From Lama guanicoe (lineage: Eukaryota): 64,000 nucleotides of DNA. The notes under the pieces were generated by a model. That model was not told where the DNA came from and made no database searches. It worked only from the letters and a program-made list of their open reading frames with translations. This document shows positions 40,085 to 54,490 of the stretch, in pieces; the stretch's first letter is position 1, and each line of letters opens with the position of its first letter. The translations under genes were made by a program, and so were the position numbers. The stretch spans positions 8,467,499 to 8,531,498 of the forward strand of contig MU053652.1 of NCBI GenBank assembly GCA_013239625.1, given 5' to 3'.

Positions 40085-40300
40085 AGGAGGCTGAATTCTG
40101 GAGTTAGACCATCTGCACTCAAATTCCAGCTCCTCTGTTTACTAGCTGAACAACCCTGAAGAACTTACTCAACATCTCCAAGTCTCAATTTCTTCAGCTG
40201 TTGATACAATAACAGAAGCTACTTCATGGGAGTTTGTAAAAATTCAGGGAGAAAATTTATATGTAGGTCTTAGTAAAATGCTGTTTTATAATACATACTT
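40085..40300 (+). mobile_element. MIR SINE
   Basis: tctggagttagacc...tcaaattccagctc...tttactagctg...cttactcaacatctccaagtctcaatttcttca. Confidence 0.75.
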
Positions 40301-41874
40301 TCAGCTTTTTGTAAATGGCAATGCCTCTGGGTGTAACTTTGGTTACTTTACTACTGTTATTATTATTATTAGCTACTTAAATGTTTTACTTGCAGTGTGA
40401 TTCGATACTACATTTCTAATAATGAGGTTTTGTTAACAGAAAGGAAGGCTATAGACTTAAGTTAGCTTTGGAAAAATTTCAGGTAATTTTACTGCTGAAA
40501 ATTAACACTATCAACAAGAAGCATTCATGCCAGGATTGTACTTTTATTGTTCATGAGCTGTGTGTTTGCAGGAAAGCAAGTTTTATATTCCCAGTCAGTC
40601 TCCAACCCATCATTTGAACTCACTGGCGGCTATTTTCAGGGTGTTAGCAAGTAGCTATCTTATTACACAAACTCTAGAATTTAAATAAACCTTTGACAGT
40701 GATAGTGAAAAATGTTAATAGTATTTTGGTGTATATTCAAAATGCTGCAAGCTTCCCCATATTTCCATGCATGGTATATTGTTTGTGGATAAGTCAGGAT
40801 TATGAAAGACTTGGAAAATTGACCATAAGCTAAAAATGCTGATTATGTAGTATTGTCCTACCGACTCTGATTTTTTCCTTCCCAATTCCAGCTCTTGAAA
40901 ATTTGTGAGTATGGTAGAAATATGGGTAGGTATGTGTTTGCCAGAGGAAAATTTATTTCTATATATGGCAATGCTTCTAGTTAAAAAAAAAAATCCCCAA
41001 ATACGCAGATTCTATTAGAATTCCAAAGAATCTCACTTGACTACTTTTATATTTCTTTAGTATTAGCCCTTTGAAATCAAGGTGAAAAAAAGTAGTTGGA
41101 ACTTATAGAGAATGTCCTGTTAAAAAGCTCAAGTGTGACTTTTGGTCAGACTACAGAAAAATTAAGTTTATTTTGGAAACAAATCCTTGCAAACATCATA
41201 TTTAGGAAAGGAAAAAACAAACGTAAGATCAACTTGCATGTTCAAGTGTGCCAGTTGTGAGGGGATAGCAACTAGAAACCAGCAACAGTCCTCTGAGCTG
41301 CACTAAATTAGGTTTGAATTGCACGAGCTTTTGTAAGCACTTATTCAGTGCCATGACCTTGGGAGTGCTTCCCCCGAATTCTGGACACTGAATATAAAAT
41401 GTTTAATTTATTTTTGGGGGTCAGTACTTCCAATTACTTTAATGGGATTATGTGTACGACCACTAGGATTTTAATTTTACACCTGAAAATTCTCCCCTGC
41501 AAAAAAAGTTGAGCCTTTTTTATCATCAGCAATGTGTAAAATAATCGATCTTTTTTCAATGTGTGGAGAGGAGAGGGATAAGGCAGAGAGGGGGAAGTAA
41601 GAAGGGTAAGCAATGTCGACCTGTTTAGCTAAGGAAGTGGGCAGGAGGAAGAATTCATATACTCAGAGAGAATATGATATATAAGAATAAAAATAAAATT
41701 TGTATTTCATTATGTGACCCTCCATCTTTCTACAATGTTGATTTTTAAGCCCTGAAGTATTTTTTAAAAAGTGTTCAGTAGTATTACTTTTTTTCTGTTT
41801 TTGCAATAAATTATCTTCCCATAAAATGTCAATCCTCTATGGATTATTTCATCCCATGCCTTTTGGAAACCTTT

Positions 41875-43147
41875 TATTTTTAAAATCAACTGTATTGAGG
41901 TATAATTTACAAATAATGAACTGCATATCAACTATACAATTTTTGAGTTTTGACAAATACAGGTACCTGAAAAACTACTGCTACATATCAAGCATGGAAT
42001 GCTTTCATAACCCTGAAAATATTCCCCATCACCCCTGCAATCCAGCTCCCTCTGCTCCTGGCTCCAGGCAACCATTGATCTACCTTTGGCCCTGATGGAT
42101 CAGTTTGCAATTTCTAAAATTTTATATAAATAGAATGATACATATGTTGTTTTTGTGTCTGGCTTCTTTCACTCACCATGATAGTTTTGAGATGGATCCA
42201 TGTTGCATATATCAGTGGTTCATTCCTTTTTATTGGTGAGTAGTATTCAATTGTATCAGTTTATTTTGTATTTTAATACATTCCTTTTATTTTAATACAT
42301 TCACCTGCTGATGAATCTTTGAATAGCTTCTAGGTTTTGGCTATTCAGTGAATAATGCTGATCTGAGCATTCATATCCAAGTCTTTGTGTGGTTATAGGT
42401 TCTCATTCCTGTGGGGTAGCAAAATGCTTAGGATTCGAATTGCTGGGTCCTATGGTAATTATATGTCCAACTGTATTAGAAACTGCCAAATAATTTCCCA
42501 AAGTGGTTGCACCACTTTACATTTCCACCAGTGGAATGTAAATTCCATTAGTTCCACATCCTCACCAACAATTGGTATTGTTAGTCTTTTTAATTTTAAT
42601 TCAAATGGGCATATAGTACTGTCTCATTGTGGTTTTAATCTGCATTTTTCTTAATTGTTAATAATGTTGAGCATCTTTTCATGTGTTCACTTGCCGTTTG
42701 TATATCTTCTGTGAAATGTCTGTTTAAATCCTGTGCCTATCTTTAAGCTGATTGCTTACTGAGTTGTGTAGGTGCATTTTATATTCTGGAAGCAAGTTCT
42801 TTGTCAGATATATGTGTTGCTATTTTTTTTTCCCAATTTGAAGCTTGCTTTCTCACTTTATTAAGTGTCTTTTGGAGGTAAAATATTTTTAATTTTGGTA
42901 AAGACCTATTTATCTTTTTTTCTTTTATATTTCACTTTTTTGCATTTAATCTAAGAAACCTTTGCATAACTCAAGGTCAGAAAGATTTTCTCTTATTTTT
43001 TCTTCTAGAAATTTTATAGATTTAGCTTCTCCCTTAGGTCTATCATCAATTTGAGTTAATGTTTGTGTGTGAAAGGAGATAAAGTCTGATATTTATTTTT
43101 GTATGGGTCTCCAGTTATTCTAACACCATTTTTTGAAAAGACTGTTT
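41875..43147 (-). mobile_element. L1MB/MC-type 3' segment (~1.3 kb)
   Basis: attgaggtataattta; ggcaaccattgatc; gtctggcttctttcactca; aactgccaaa...ttccca; aatgttgagcatcttttcatgtg; caccattttttgaaaagact. Confidence 0.9.
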
Positions 43148-44184
43148 TGTGTTACCCTCCATATTCTGTACAATGATGATTTTTTAGTACTAGTCAAAGC
43201 TCATTTTTTGAAGTGTTCAGTAATATTGTCTTATATCCATTTCAAAATAAATACCATTAGCTGCCAGTAAAAAGATAATATGCCATAAGGCATTTATACT
43301 TTGTCTTTTGGGAAACTTTTTTTAAGTCAACTTTACTGAGGTATAATTTACAAACAGCAAACTGTATCTTTTAGTGGATATCACTTTTAAAAGTGGGACA
43401 GAAGTGAAATCAATGATTTCACTAGGTTCCATTTCTGTCCTATCCCTAATTCTCTTCAGTGAAAATTATTGATCATTCACCTGTGTCAGGGGCTGTTTTA
43501 GGAAAGAGACAAGGATAAGAAACCATTTTCTAGATTTCATTTTGGTAAAGAGGAATAAAAACATGTCATATGCAATCTAGTTGCTAGAGTAATAAAAGTT
43601 AAGGAAAAATATCAACAATTACAAAGGAAGGAAGATAAATTAGAGGAAACTTCGCAGAGGTGGTATAGCTTGAATTAGATTATCTTCACAATAATTCCTT
43701 TTACCTTTTGGAAAACAAACATTAATCATAGAAAATTTAGAAAATACAAAGACAGATATTTACCTCATTAATCTGGATGTTGGATGTTAGCAATCTCATC
43801 TGGATCGGAAAGCTCAATGATGAGGTGGGCTTTCAATAAAAAAAGGAAACCCGCATGGCTCACCTGAGACAGTTTTCCTATAGATGAGTCATTTATTGTT
43901 ACGGGCACTAGAGCTAGCCACACTGAAGTGCAAACTTTTTGTCTTGGGCTAAACAAATGTGCTTCTTTGAAAAAAAGGAATGAATGTGAGAGGAAATGGG
44001 ATGGCTATGAGAGGCCTGGAGGTGGGATTCCATTAAATGAGATAAGACATAGAGAAATAGGAATGTCTACTGTTTCCCTAGCACTTAACCATGGGTGAAG
44101 CATCAAAAGGCTTTGTTGAATTCTCACAGCAACATTAGGAGGGCTTTATACAGAGAGGAACAAAGGCAAAAGATGTTAAGTCAT

Positions 44185-44540
44185 CATTCAAAAATATTCA
44201 CCCTCCCCTTACCATCACTTCCCCATCCTACTGATGCCTGGGTTGGTCATGTGACTGGCTTTGGCACATGGGATGCTAGCAGACATAACACAAGCAGAGG
44301 CTTGAAGTATTCATGCCTGGATGGCTTCTCCTCTTATGCCTCTGTCATCACTATGAGATGAACATGTCCCAGGATATAGCCTACTGGCCAAAGAGGATGA
44401 AAGACAGGTGATGCAGACCTGAAACTAAGGTGTAATTCGGAGCACAGCCCAGCCTAGATCAGATAACCAACAGAGAATTGAGAGAGAACAGTTGATTGTT
44501 CTTTACTCCCCGAGTTTTATGGTGGTTTGCTAGTCAGCCA
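44185..44540 (+). mobile_element. MLT1I/J-like LTR
   Basis: ttggtcatgtgactggctttggcac; acaagcagaggcttgaag; gaacatgtcccagg; cccagcctagatcag; gagttttatggtggtttg. Confidence 0.7.
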
Positions 44541-46666
44541 AGTAAATGGCAGAAAGAATTTACACCCTGATGGTATGGGTACAGAGTCTATACAGTGTTG
44601 CTACTTATACATGAAATAATGAGTTATTTTCAGATATCCAGATAAAGATAATCAGTTGGAGGATGAAGTAAAGGTAAATAACTCACGGAAAAGTAATGGG
44701 TCTGGAATTAGAATATTTTATCAATTAAAGACATATACCTTGGCAAACCTTTCTCTGTACTTTCCTTATAAGACTATTGTCAAAAATAAAATAAATAGCC
44801 ATCAAAGCTCTTTGAAAGTGTTAAAAGTGTTACGGAAATTCTAGTTTTTCCTTTAAGTCTATTTTGTTTCCTGCTGTACCTCAGTGCCTGGTGTGTCATG
44901 GGTGCTCAGTACAGGTTTGTTGAAATAAATTGAAGTGAATTCTTTTCAAACAGTATTCTCCATTCACAAATGACAAAACCACAAGGTATATTTATCATTG
45001 GGGAAGTAATTAATTTCTAATCTTGAGAAGAGTGGGAAGCAATGTCAAGAAAGTCACTTCCTTTTACAGCAGTAGACTTGTATGAGACACAACCCAACTA
45101 ATGGTACCCAGGCTAATAATGTTCTGTAAATCCCAACATTAAAGACAACTTGTGGCAGTCTTATATTAGGACACTTTCTGCCCCGAAGAGTGTTTTATTA
45201 ATGGGAAAACATTTGAATTTAATATTTGTTCTGTTGTTTAAAAAATTGAGTTTTATTTATAAAATACAGAGAATTCAGAAAACAACCAAATAAGTACATG
45301 ACTTCAAAAGTTAGGTCACTACAATGGGAGGAAAATGTTCGTTTATCTTTTTTCCTTCTCTGTTGACCATAAAGCAAGATACAGCCAAATGAGATGTGTC
45401 CCTTCATACATTTTGCATTTAATTCACTTAGGATTCAGGTCAAGGTTAGGGTTAGTTTGGGTTCAGGTTAGGGGCAGTTTGTTCCTCACATCAAATCACG
45501 GAGAAATTCAAGGATTAGTGGTGTTATTTGTTCTACTTTCTATTGTAACATAGGCTGCCTTTTTAATCCCAAGCCTTCTCCCATGATACCATGAAAAAAA
45601 TTTTGGTGGTGTAGATAAAGCTCCAAACTTTCCTGTTAATATTTTAAATGGGAACATTTGAACAGTACTGCATCACCAATGTGAAACTGACTAATAGTCT
45701 GGAAGCAATAAATTTGTCTAAAGCATCCTTCATCGTAGTGAGTGCTGTACCCTGTGACAGATCTTCTCCAGGCAGGATTTCAGATGAAACTCCTTCTGTC
45801 TCAGCTAAACTCTTTTAATAGCTACTGCTAATCCTGAACCATTTCTGGCCTCCAGTTCATATATGTTAGGAATGTAATTAAATCTATCAGTGTCATTATT
45901 ATAATAAGAGTTATAGACTAATCGTAGTATTGAAAGAAAGGGAGGAAAAGATCAATAATCTTCCCACTATTTTTGCTGCAGATTTTCATCACAATGATTT
46001 TTTTGGTTTTATTTATCGAAAATCGATTATATTTGTACAGAGACCGTATGTTTGAAATTCTTGACTTGAAAAATGCTATAAGATAATAGGAAGGAAAGAA
46101 AGATCAGAAATAGAAATATAACTGATATCCTGAGCTCCTGGACAGGATTCAGGGTATTAAGCTGGTTTTACTTTACTCACGAAAGCTTACTAATTTTATG
46201 GTCCCCACACTCCAGATGAAATAGGAACTAAATGGGAAGAATTTAGCACCCTGGTAGGGACTTAAATCTTTTAAAACAAAGAGGATTGAATTGCTGAAGA
46301 TTCCATGGTATGAGAATGACACCAAGATAAAAAGGCTTTTTTTGAAATCTGATAAAAAACAAAAAATTTTTCAGTTAGAATTTCTGAAGCCCAGTGCTGC
46401 ACAAACTACAAATTTTGAGAGACCTTCTTAACATCTCCATTTCATTCTTGCCTCATATCCATTTGTTCAAGTTATTTCAGTTGTACCTCCTACATTTCTT
46501 TCCAGTCACTCCCTTGCCTCCATTTCCATCCCCTTCACCACTCTTGGCATCTTCTAGTCTCTGCAGTACAACCTGGATGATTTTTATCATAAAAAAATAA
46601 AATGTGAATATAATGCTGGTGCCTAATACCCATCATGGCCCTTAAGGTGCAGCCCTGTGGATATAC

Positions 46667-46810
46667 TTTAATTTTTTTTGTTTGTTTTAATTTTGGGAGC
46701 AGGGGGAGGTAATTAGGTTGGTTGGTTGCTTGATTGATTTTAATAGAGGTACTGGGGATTGAGCCAAGGCCTCATGCATGCACTCTACCACTGAGCTATA
46801 TCGTCTCCCT
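46667..46810 (-). mobile_element. Camelid tRNA-derived SINE (vic-1-like)
   Basis: Minus strand: gggag..atatagctcagtggtagagtgcatgc (A box)...ggctcaatccccagtacct (B box)...cctaattacctccccc plus an A-rich tail, the layout of the camelid SINE. Confidence 0.85.
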
Positions 46811-46986
46811 CCATCATGGCTCTTAGATAAAGGCTAAAACCTTCAGGATGGGCTACGGGGCTCAACTCTGTCTGGCTCAGTTCTCTGCCTCCCAGCCACC
46901 CGGGCCTTCTTTCCAGTCTTTAGAATAAACCAAATTCCTTCTTGCCTCAAAGCCTTCAAATACATCCCAACATCTGCCTGAAATAC

Positions 46987-47008
46987 TATATATATATATA
47001 TATATATA
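46987..47008. repeat. (TA)11 microsatellite
   Basis: Perfect TA run. Confidence 0.95.
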
Positions 47009-50000
47009 GTATTATTGAAATTGTCACCAACACCATGTCAAGTAAACGGAAAAATATTTCATTGAAAAGCTGATGGATTATCTTAGTGAAAGTGGCTGTC
47101 AAAAACGTTACTTGATTTAGTTTCTTGATTTTAATTTTTTTATTTTACATCACACAAGTACAAGTTTTGCTGTGTCATGTTATTTTCAGAAACCCCAATG
47201 TTATTCAGACTTTCTATTTCAGTATGAGAAAAAATGTATGTTAAGAAAAAGTAAGGATGTGAAATTCTGGGAAATTTTTGAGAAGGTAAAAATGCCCCCA
47301 CAAATCTGGTATCACATATTTCTTAGAATTATTTTATAATTTTTAAAGATAGCAGTATATATTGATATTTTGCTGACAGAAAATTTTAGCCTCAATGCAT
47401 AACTTCTTAATAATAACTGCTGACTAGGTTTTTGCTATTTTGTAAAATAATCTCTATAGTATTTTCTGTTTATTAGTACTTCAGAATGACTACTAATCTA
47501 GTTAAAGTTTTCTGCAAAATTATAGCGTCAAATTGGATTAAAGAGATGTGTAATTCAGAAGATGGCACTGTTCAAAGGGAGAAAAAATTACGAGCAATTG
47601 ATAGAAAAGCAAATCTATAAAATTAAATATGTCCCCAAATCACAGCAGGAAATATTTCATTCATGATTTTCATGTGGTTACACGATGACAACTTGGTTCA
47701 TGTCCTGGATACACCCATGTACTGATACTATCAAGCTTCATGACTCCAAATATTTCCTTTCATGAACATATTTTCACTTGTCAACTTGTCACCTCCACTG
47801 CAATGATTTCTGTTCCTTTGGCATAAGATTGTTCATCTAAAAAATAAAAGATCTTGTAACCAATCCTTAAGCCCTCTGTTTATTAAATCTGTTTATAAGT
47901 GGTAATTAAATGGGATATGAAATATTACTTCTCTTGACTGTCTCACCTAAAATTAGAAATATGTTAAATAATTAGCATATCTTAAATTACCTTTCCCTCA
48001 TTGGGTGAATAATCTTACTAGGTAGAGAAAATTATCAAGTTAATTCCTCTACAGTTCTTCAACATTTGAAAGGGAGTGTTTGCATGCAATGTCATTTCTA
48101 ATTTCCATCAAATTGGATGTTTCAAAGACTTGTAAAGACTGTGATCGACCTTGCCAGAAATTGATACTGTATATAATTCAGCCACTTCATTTGTCTTATG
48201 TGGTATTTGCAAAATGGCTATTCTTCAGAAAATGTCAGTTGAAATGAGAATTTCAATTATTTTTTTCACGTATAATTGGCAACTAAATCTAGGCAAAGAT
48301 GCTTTAGCAATCTGTGATACATAAAAAATCAGTTATGTAGAGGTTCTGATCATACTTATACTGACATCCTTACAGCATAAGATTTTTTTAAAGATTAAAC
48401 TCTAGTCTTTTAACCACATATGTAATAGATGTATTTTAGCATTCAAGTATCTGACTAAATTAAATTAAAGATACAGCACCATCTTATGGATATTTCTATA
48501 TTTGTAAAATTTGGAAATACAAAGATTTTTTGAGTTTGGGAATAGAAAATCTTTATCAGGAAAAAAATTGTAGGAGGAGAATATTTTACTGTAACAAGGA
48601 AAAATGATGCAATATTGAATAGCTTGAATGTGTGTGTGCATGTGTGTTTGTGTATGTATGTGTGAGTGTGTGTGTATTTGTGACGACATGGTAAATAAAA
48701 GTACAGGCTGAGATTTGTAATTCTTTTTTCCCTCCAAATTAAGAATTTTAAGAAGCAGAAAAATAAACAACTGCTATTACAATACAAACTCATAACTTTG
48801 TGAAATAAGACATTAGCTCAGAACATTGTGAGTCTCTAAACTGAGACACTGAGACATCACTGATCATCTCCTTGCAAAAAAAATAATGTTCTTATGAGAC
48901 AGGAGCTAAACTTTCTAGAGAGTGGTGAGAAATTTAGGTATGATAATAAACCTGTTTAACTACCTGCTGATACTATTGAACTGGTAATAAAGTCTCCTTT
49001 TACTTACCTGGCATTGAAATGTTTTCACAAGTGATTTATGCCCATTATTTTGTTCAGATTTTAGATACAGCTATTTTTAAAGAAATATGTCCTAATAAGC
49101 CTTCTTATTATTTTAATATAAAACACATAGCTAATTTCAGGAGATTTTAGGAAAATTGATGAACAAAAACTCCCTATTAATTATTAAGATGTAGTTACAT
49201 GTTTATGGTTCATATCCTTAATGTTTAGGTCACTTCAGTCATCACATACAGACCTGAGGCTTTACATGCTTTACCTGGTTCACATGGGGTAAAATCACTC
49301 CACTCTAACCAAAACACAGATTCAGTGGTTCTTAGCTTTTCGGTGTCTTGAACTCCATGATAAAAACTTCGGAAACACCCCTTAAAAAAAAACAGTCCAT
49401 AGAAAGGATACATTATACATGCAATTTCAGGGGCTTTCAGACTCCCTTGAACTCATCCACACTTTCTGATTTTAAATAGTTGTCTCCTTATTAGAATACT
49501 TATTTCTTCAGGATCTAATATTGACAAGTAAAAGCCAAGAGCTTCATTACAAAAATGCAAAATCTTCTTGTAGCAGAGAGGGTCCAAGATTTTTATACAC
49601 GTACGCCCAGCTATTTGGACTCATGTCCCCCCACAACTAAATTATATTAAAAGACCAATGTAAATAAAGGGGTTCTTATTAGTTTATTTTTATATAGATT
49701 TTATTTTCATGTTATTTGCTTTAGAGTGATATGGAAAAATGTAATGTTGACTACAAACAACATAGAATCATTGGCTTTATCCTCACTAAATAGTACACGT
49801 TCTAATAATGTCCTGTTATGAATAGTTTTCTATATCATGTAGACTTGACTCTAAATTCCTAAGTTTTGTTTCAAATGTAAACTTGTAATGGATTTAATAC
49901 AATTGAGCTATTCTTAAGTGTCCATATTAACAGAAAAAATAAAACTTAAAGTTGAAAAATTTTAACCATACTGTATACATATTTTTATGTTCATTTCTTA

Positions 50001-50482
50001 GATGTGGAAAAGTAGTTTAGAGCTTACTAAGAAATCCAGGGAAATTTAATAAATACATAATAAGAGTATAATATTTAAATTCAGATCCAAATACTCTGTT
50101 AGATGTCAAATTAATTTTTTCATGTTATCAAATGCAGAATTATCTTAATGGAAAAACTATTTTGTTATTAATATTCTAGAACAATCTTTCTAATTTAATA
50201 CAATGCTTTAATTGTGAAGGGCCAATTGTATAAAAAAAATTCATGAAAATTTTAGATATCCGATAATTTAAAATAGGAATGAAACCATTTTCACAACTTA
50301 CCCTTTAAACGTAATAAGATCCCTGGAATGGATATAACTGCTCCACATAGTATAATACCTACTTTGTCCTTAAATCAGTTAGAGAGAAGGATACCTGAGA
50401 GTGAACATTTGCTGAGAAAAAAAGAAAAACCAAAACTGAGCTGGTGATTCAATAGTAAAATTAGAGACCTAACCTTGAAAAC

Positions 50483-51922
50483 TAAGGATTCTCAAAATAT
50501 GGTCCTCAAACTCCTGGGAGTCCCTGCAGTCCTATCAGGGAGGTCTGTGAGGTGGAAACTATTTTCACAGGAATACTAAGAGCTTTGTCTTTTTCACCGT
50601 GTTGACATTGCATAGATGACGTGGCAGCAACGGTGGCTTCATACTGGGGCTTTAGCATGAATCAAGACGATGACACCGAAATCAACTAGTAATCATTGTG
50701 TTCTTCACCGGCACAGACTAATGGGACTAAAATAAGCCAGTTTCACTTAAGAGTATTTCTGATTAAACAGTAAAAATATTGATGTTGTTAAATCTCAACC
50801 CTTGGGTACACACTTGAAAAATACTGTGAGGTGAAATGGGAAGTAACATGCAAAACATTTCTGCTGCATAATGAGGTACAGTGGTTGTCTGGAGGAGAGG
50901 CAGCTGTTAGGGGTGCAAGCTGAACTAGCCGCTTTTTCATAGAACACACATTTTACTCCGGATAACAACTTGACAAACAAATTATAATTATTCATACTTA
51001 GATATTTGGCAGACATTTTCTCAAATGTGAGTGAAGCAAGCTTGTCACTTTAAGTTAGGAAAACAACTGACAGTTAAATTGCCAGTGATAAATTCAAGCT
51101 TTCAAATGAAAACTAGAATTTTGTGAAACTTTGCCAATGTGAACTTGATCGTTTTCCAGTATTTAATGGCTTTTTTGATGAGATTTTTGACAAATGTAAT
51201 TTTTTTGGATTCTATGTAATGAAATAAAATGTGTCAACTTTGGACAATATACATTACCCAATGAACCAGTGTTTTCCAAATGATCAATTAATGACATTAC
51301 AGAATTATGCATCAGTAAAAAATCCTTTCAGAGGGCAAGATAGACCAATGGGTTTCTCAATATCACAAAATAAGAAAAATTTATTGATGTGATTTGAGAT
51401 TCCACATTGCAACTAACCTTAAAGAAACTACCGCGTGTTGAATTTTGATATAATATCAAAGAAGAATATCCACAGTTATGTAAAAAGTCTATTAAAACAC
51501 TTCTTCATTTTTCAATCACATATCTATGTGAGGTTAGATTTTCTTCATCTATTTCAAACAAAACAGTATACTACAATAGACTGAATATAGAAGCAGATAC
51601 GAAAATGGAGAGGCACATGAATTCTACTAAGCCAGACATTAAAAGAGATTTGTATAGTGTAAAATAATACAGCTCTTTCCACTCAACTTTTTCTTTTGGA
51701 GATACAGTGTTTTTTCATAAAAATATGTGATTTATATTAATAATAGGCTTACTATTATTACTAAATGAATTAATGAATGGCCAATTCTAAATTTCCTTAG
51801 TTTTATCTTACTAGTATTAGAAATACTAAATAAATATAACCCACATAACTGGAAGATTTTTGGGGTCCTCAATAACTTTTAAGAGTGTAAGTGGGTCCTG
51901 AGAACAAGGTTGTTAATCACTG
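50483..51922 (+). mobile_element. Charlie1a-like hAT DNA transposon, near full length (~1.44 kb), transposase decayed
   Basis: 5' end ..ttctcaaaatatggtcc...gaggtggaaactattttca; internal gatatttggcagacattttctc and aaagaagaatatccaca; 3' end ggggtcctcaataa...gggtcctgaga...cactg. Confidence 0.85.
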
Positions 51923-53009
51923 TTACAGGCCAGGGGAATAGTAAATAGTCAATAAAAACATATCTGTTTTTCCCACTTAATATCATTTGACTATCCCTTA
52001 TGCTTTTTTCCAATAGAAACTCTACCTCTATTTAGTTTAATTTGGGGGGCATTATTGTTGAAATGATGTAAGTTTTTTTTTTTAACAGTAGAATTTTCAT
52101 CTCTTGAGACATTGGTTGAATTTCTTGTCAATCAATGCAATGGTCTCTTTACAGTATCCTAATATAGTGCTTAATACAGAATAGGCACTCAGTAACTGTT
52201 ACTGACTGGCAAAAAATGTGTTTAACAACAGAGTCAATAAAAGTACAAAAAACTGTTAGAGCTAGAGGGGAAAAAAGCTCTGACTATTATTGCTTCATTC
52301 ATTTATGAGTATAATTACTAGATTTTATCCATTCCCACAAAAAAACATATTTTGTGTCTCTATTAACATTCAAAATACCAACAAGTTCTTGTAGGCTAGG
52401 CACCTGCTTCTCTAGGAGACCATAATTATCATCAAATATATTATGTATCTTGAATTAATGCAAGACTCTTCTCATGACACTTGGGGCCCATTGGTCACAA
52501 TATACTTACACTTTTCTTTCCTCCCTGTACTTTTTAACAAACTCATTTCTGTTACCACCTCCGAATTGCTCACAAAATGTAAATCAAAGAACAGAACTGT
52601 AATCAGTCATTAATAAATGCTGACAGGTTGAATAGGAACAGAAGGAAAGTAACTTCTTATTGTAGGGTCAAACCTTCTTATAAAAATTATGAAATCTTTA
52701 AGACCTTAATAAAACACCTTGACACATATTTGGGAGTTCTTTTAGTCTGGTTGTTTCAAGGCAAAAAATTCAGAGCTAAGCTATGTTAAATTCTAAGCTA
52801 TGTTAAAATCAATCAATATAGAACCATTTACTAGTTTATCCACAATTTATTTTTATAGTCCTACAATTAAAAGTGAGCTAAATAATAAAGCAATTATAAT
52901 AACAATAAAATACTCGCATTTACTGAGAATTGACTCTATACCAGACAATCTCTTAGTACTTTGCATGTATTATCTTATTTAATCTTCAGAATGATCCTTT
53001 GACTGTATC

Positions 53010-53010
<1 letters not shown>

Positions 53011-53053
<43 letters not shown>
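53011..53053. repeat. (TG)n microsatellite
   Basis: Perfect TG run of about 21 units. Confidence 0.97.
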
Positions 53054-53055
<2 letters not shown>

Positions 53056-54334
53056 CTGTGTGGACTACTCATTTGCTAATCAATTTGTGCTGATCATCTG
53101 CATATATTTTTACCCATTATCTGTAAAAAGTGGAGTCCCAGAACAATTCTTGCTAGAACTCAAATTCTAACTGGAGAGGTGAAAAAGAAGAAGCAAAGTA
53201 AGGAGAGAGTTTTAAATGAGGTTACCAGAAGGATTATTCCTTCATAAGATATAAGTACTCATCTTAAAGTTTTTAAAACATTTGTTGCTTTTATTTTTTG
53301 TAAATGATACCCTTTTATTAGTTAGGTTTGTGAACTGATAGTTTTCTCAGACATATTTGCAAAACTGGTCCTTCCATTTGACATGAAAAAGATTCTTCTC
53401 TCCATTGTAATATAATTTCAGGTATAACTACAAAAGACAACAGACTTCCAAAACACTTAAGGGATATTTTGTGAATTTTTCTCTATTACCACAAGATCAT
53501 ATTTTACCATAACTCCTTATTTTTCTCATGTCTGTTTCATATACAACTCCTCAGGGACTAAGATTTATTGTTTTTATTTACTCAGAATAGTTCACAGCCC
53601 AGAGTGGGTCCCCCAAAAATGTCTGTTCAATGAAAGAATGATTGCATCTGTGACTTGAAAGAGTTAATACCTTCCCTTCAAGTCAAATGCACAAATCAAT
53701 TCTCAACCGGAAAACAGACCACCCATAGCTATTCAGGTCGCACACCTGTTTCCTTAAATTGCGTTGCCAAAACACATTTTATATTCTATTTTATTACTGT
53801 GCATCCATCTTTCCCTAGCATTAGAGGTGTTTCATTACAAAGCAGCATAACTTCAATTTGTTTTTATGCTCACCTTGACAAAAGTAAAAATAAATCATTG
53901 AATAAATCCAAGTGTACTTGGTGCATTTATGAAATGGTACAAACCCATCATAACCTTATGTTGGGCATAATTTACTCAATTATCTCAGAGCATCAACGGA
54001 TGTTATAATTGCCTGAAAAGGTAATATTGAAAGTAGGCATTTGGCAAGAACCTTAGTGTAAGCACAAATTTGAAAATGTGAATTAAAAATTATTAGGGCA
54101 CAATTAATTTTTAATGATCAGGTTTTCTCTTCTGATTCCTTTTCTTCAGACCATGCCTCATTTGGAAGAGGAAGGGAGGGTTCCCCGGAGACCTATCATA
54201 GGCCCTCTTCTCCCTCTGAACTCATGTTTTTCTGGACATCATTGTCCACATCTGTAGCTTCAATTGCCCTGCCACCAATACGCTGATGGTTCCCTCATCC
54301 AGATTTGAGTGTCAGGTTTGCATTTCTTTCCTTC

Positions 54335-54490
54335 TTTTTTTTAAATTGAAGTATAGTCAGTTTACAATGTTGTGTCAATTTCTGGTGTACAGCATAATAG
54401 TTCAGTCATACATATATGTGCATATATTCATTTTCATATTTTTTTTCATTATAGGTTACTACAAGATATGAACACAGTTCCCTGTGCTAT
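54335..54490 (-). mobile_element. Short, comparatively young L1 3' end
   Basis: tttttttaaattgaagtatagtcagtttacaatgttgtg...tctggtgtacagcata...ttataggttactacaagata...gttccctgtgctat. Confidence 0.85.

Noticed and set aside
46750..46805. tRNA gene (A and B boxes)
   Set aside because: It is the head of a tRNA-derived SINE with an internal deletion and a SINE tail.
50795..51016. Coding potential or domestication of the Charlie transposase
   Set aside because: No long sense ORF; the element is full of stops and frameshifts.
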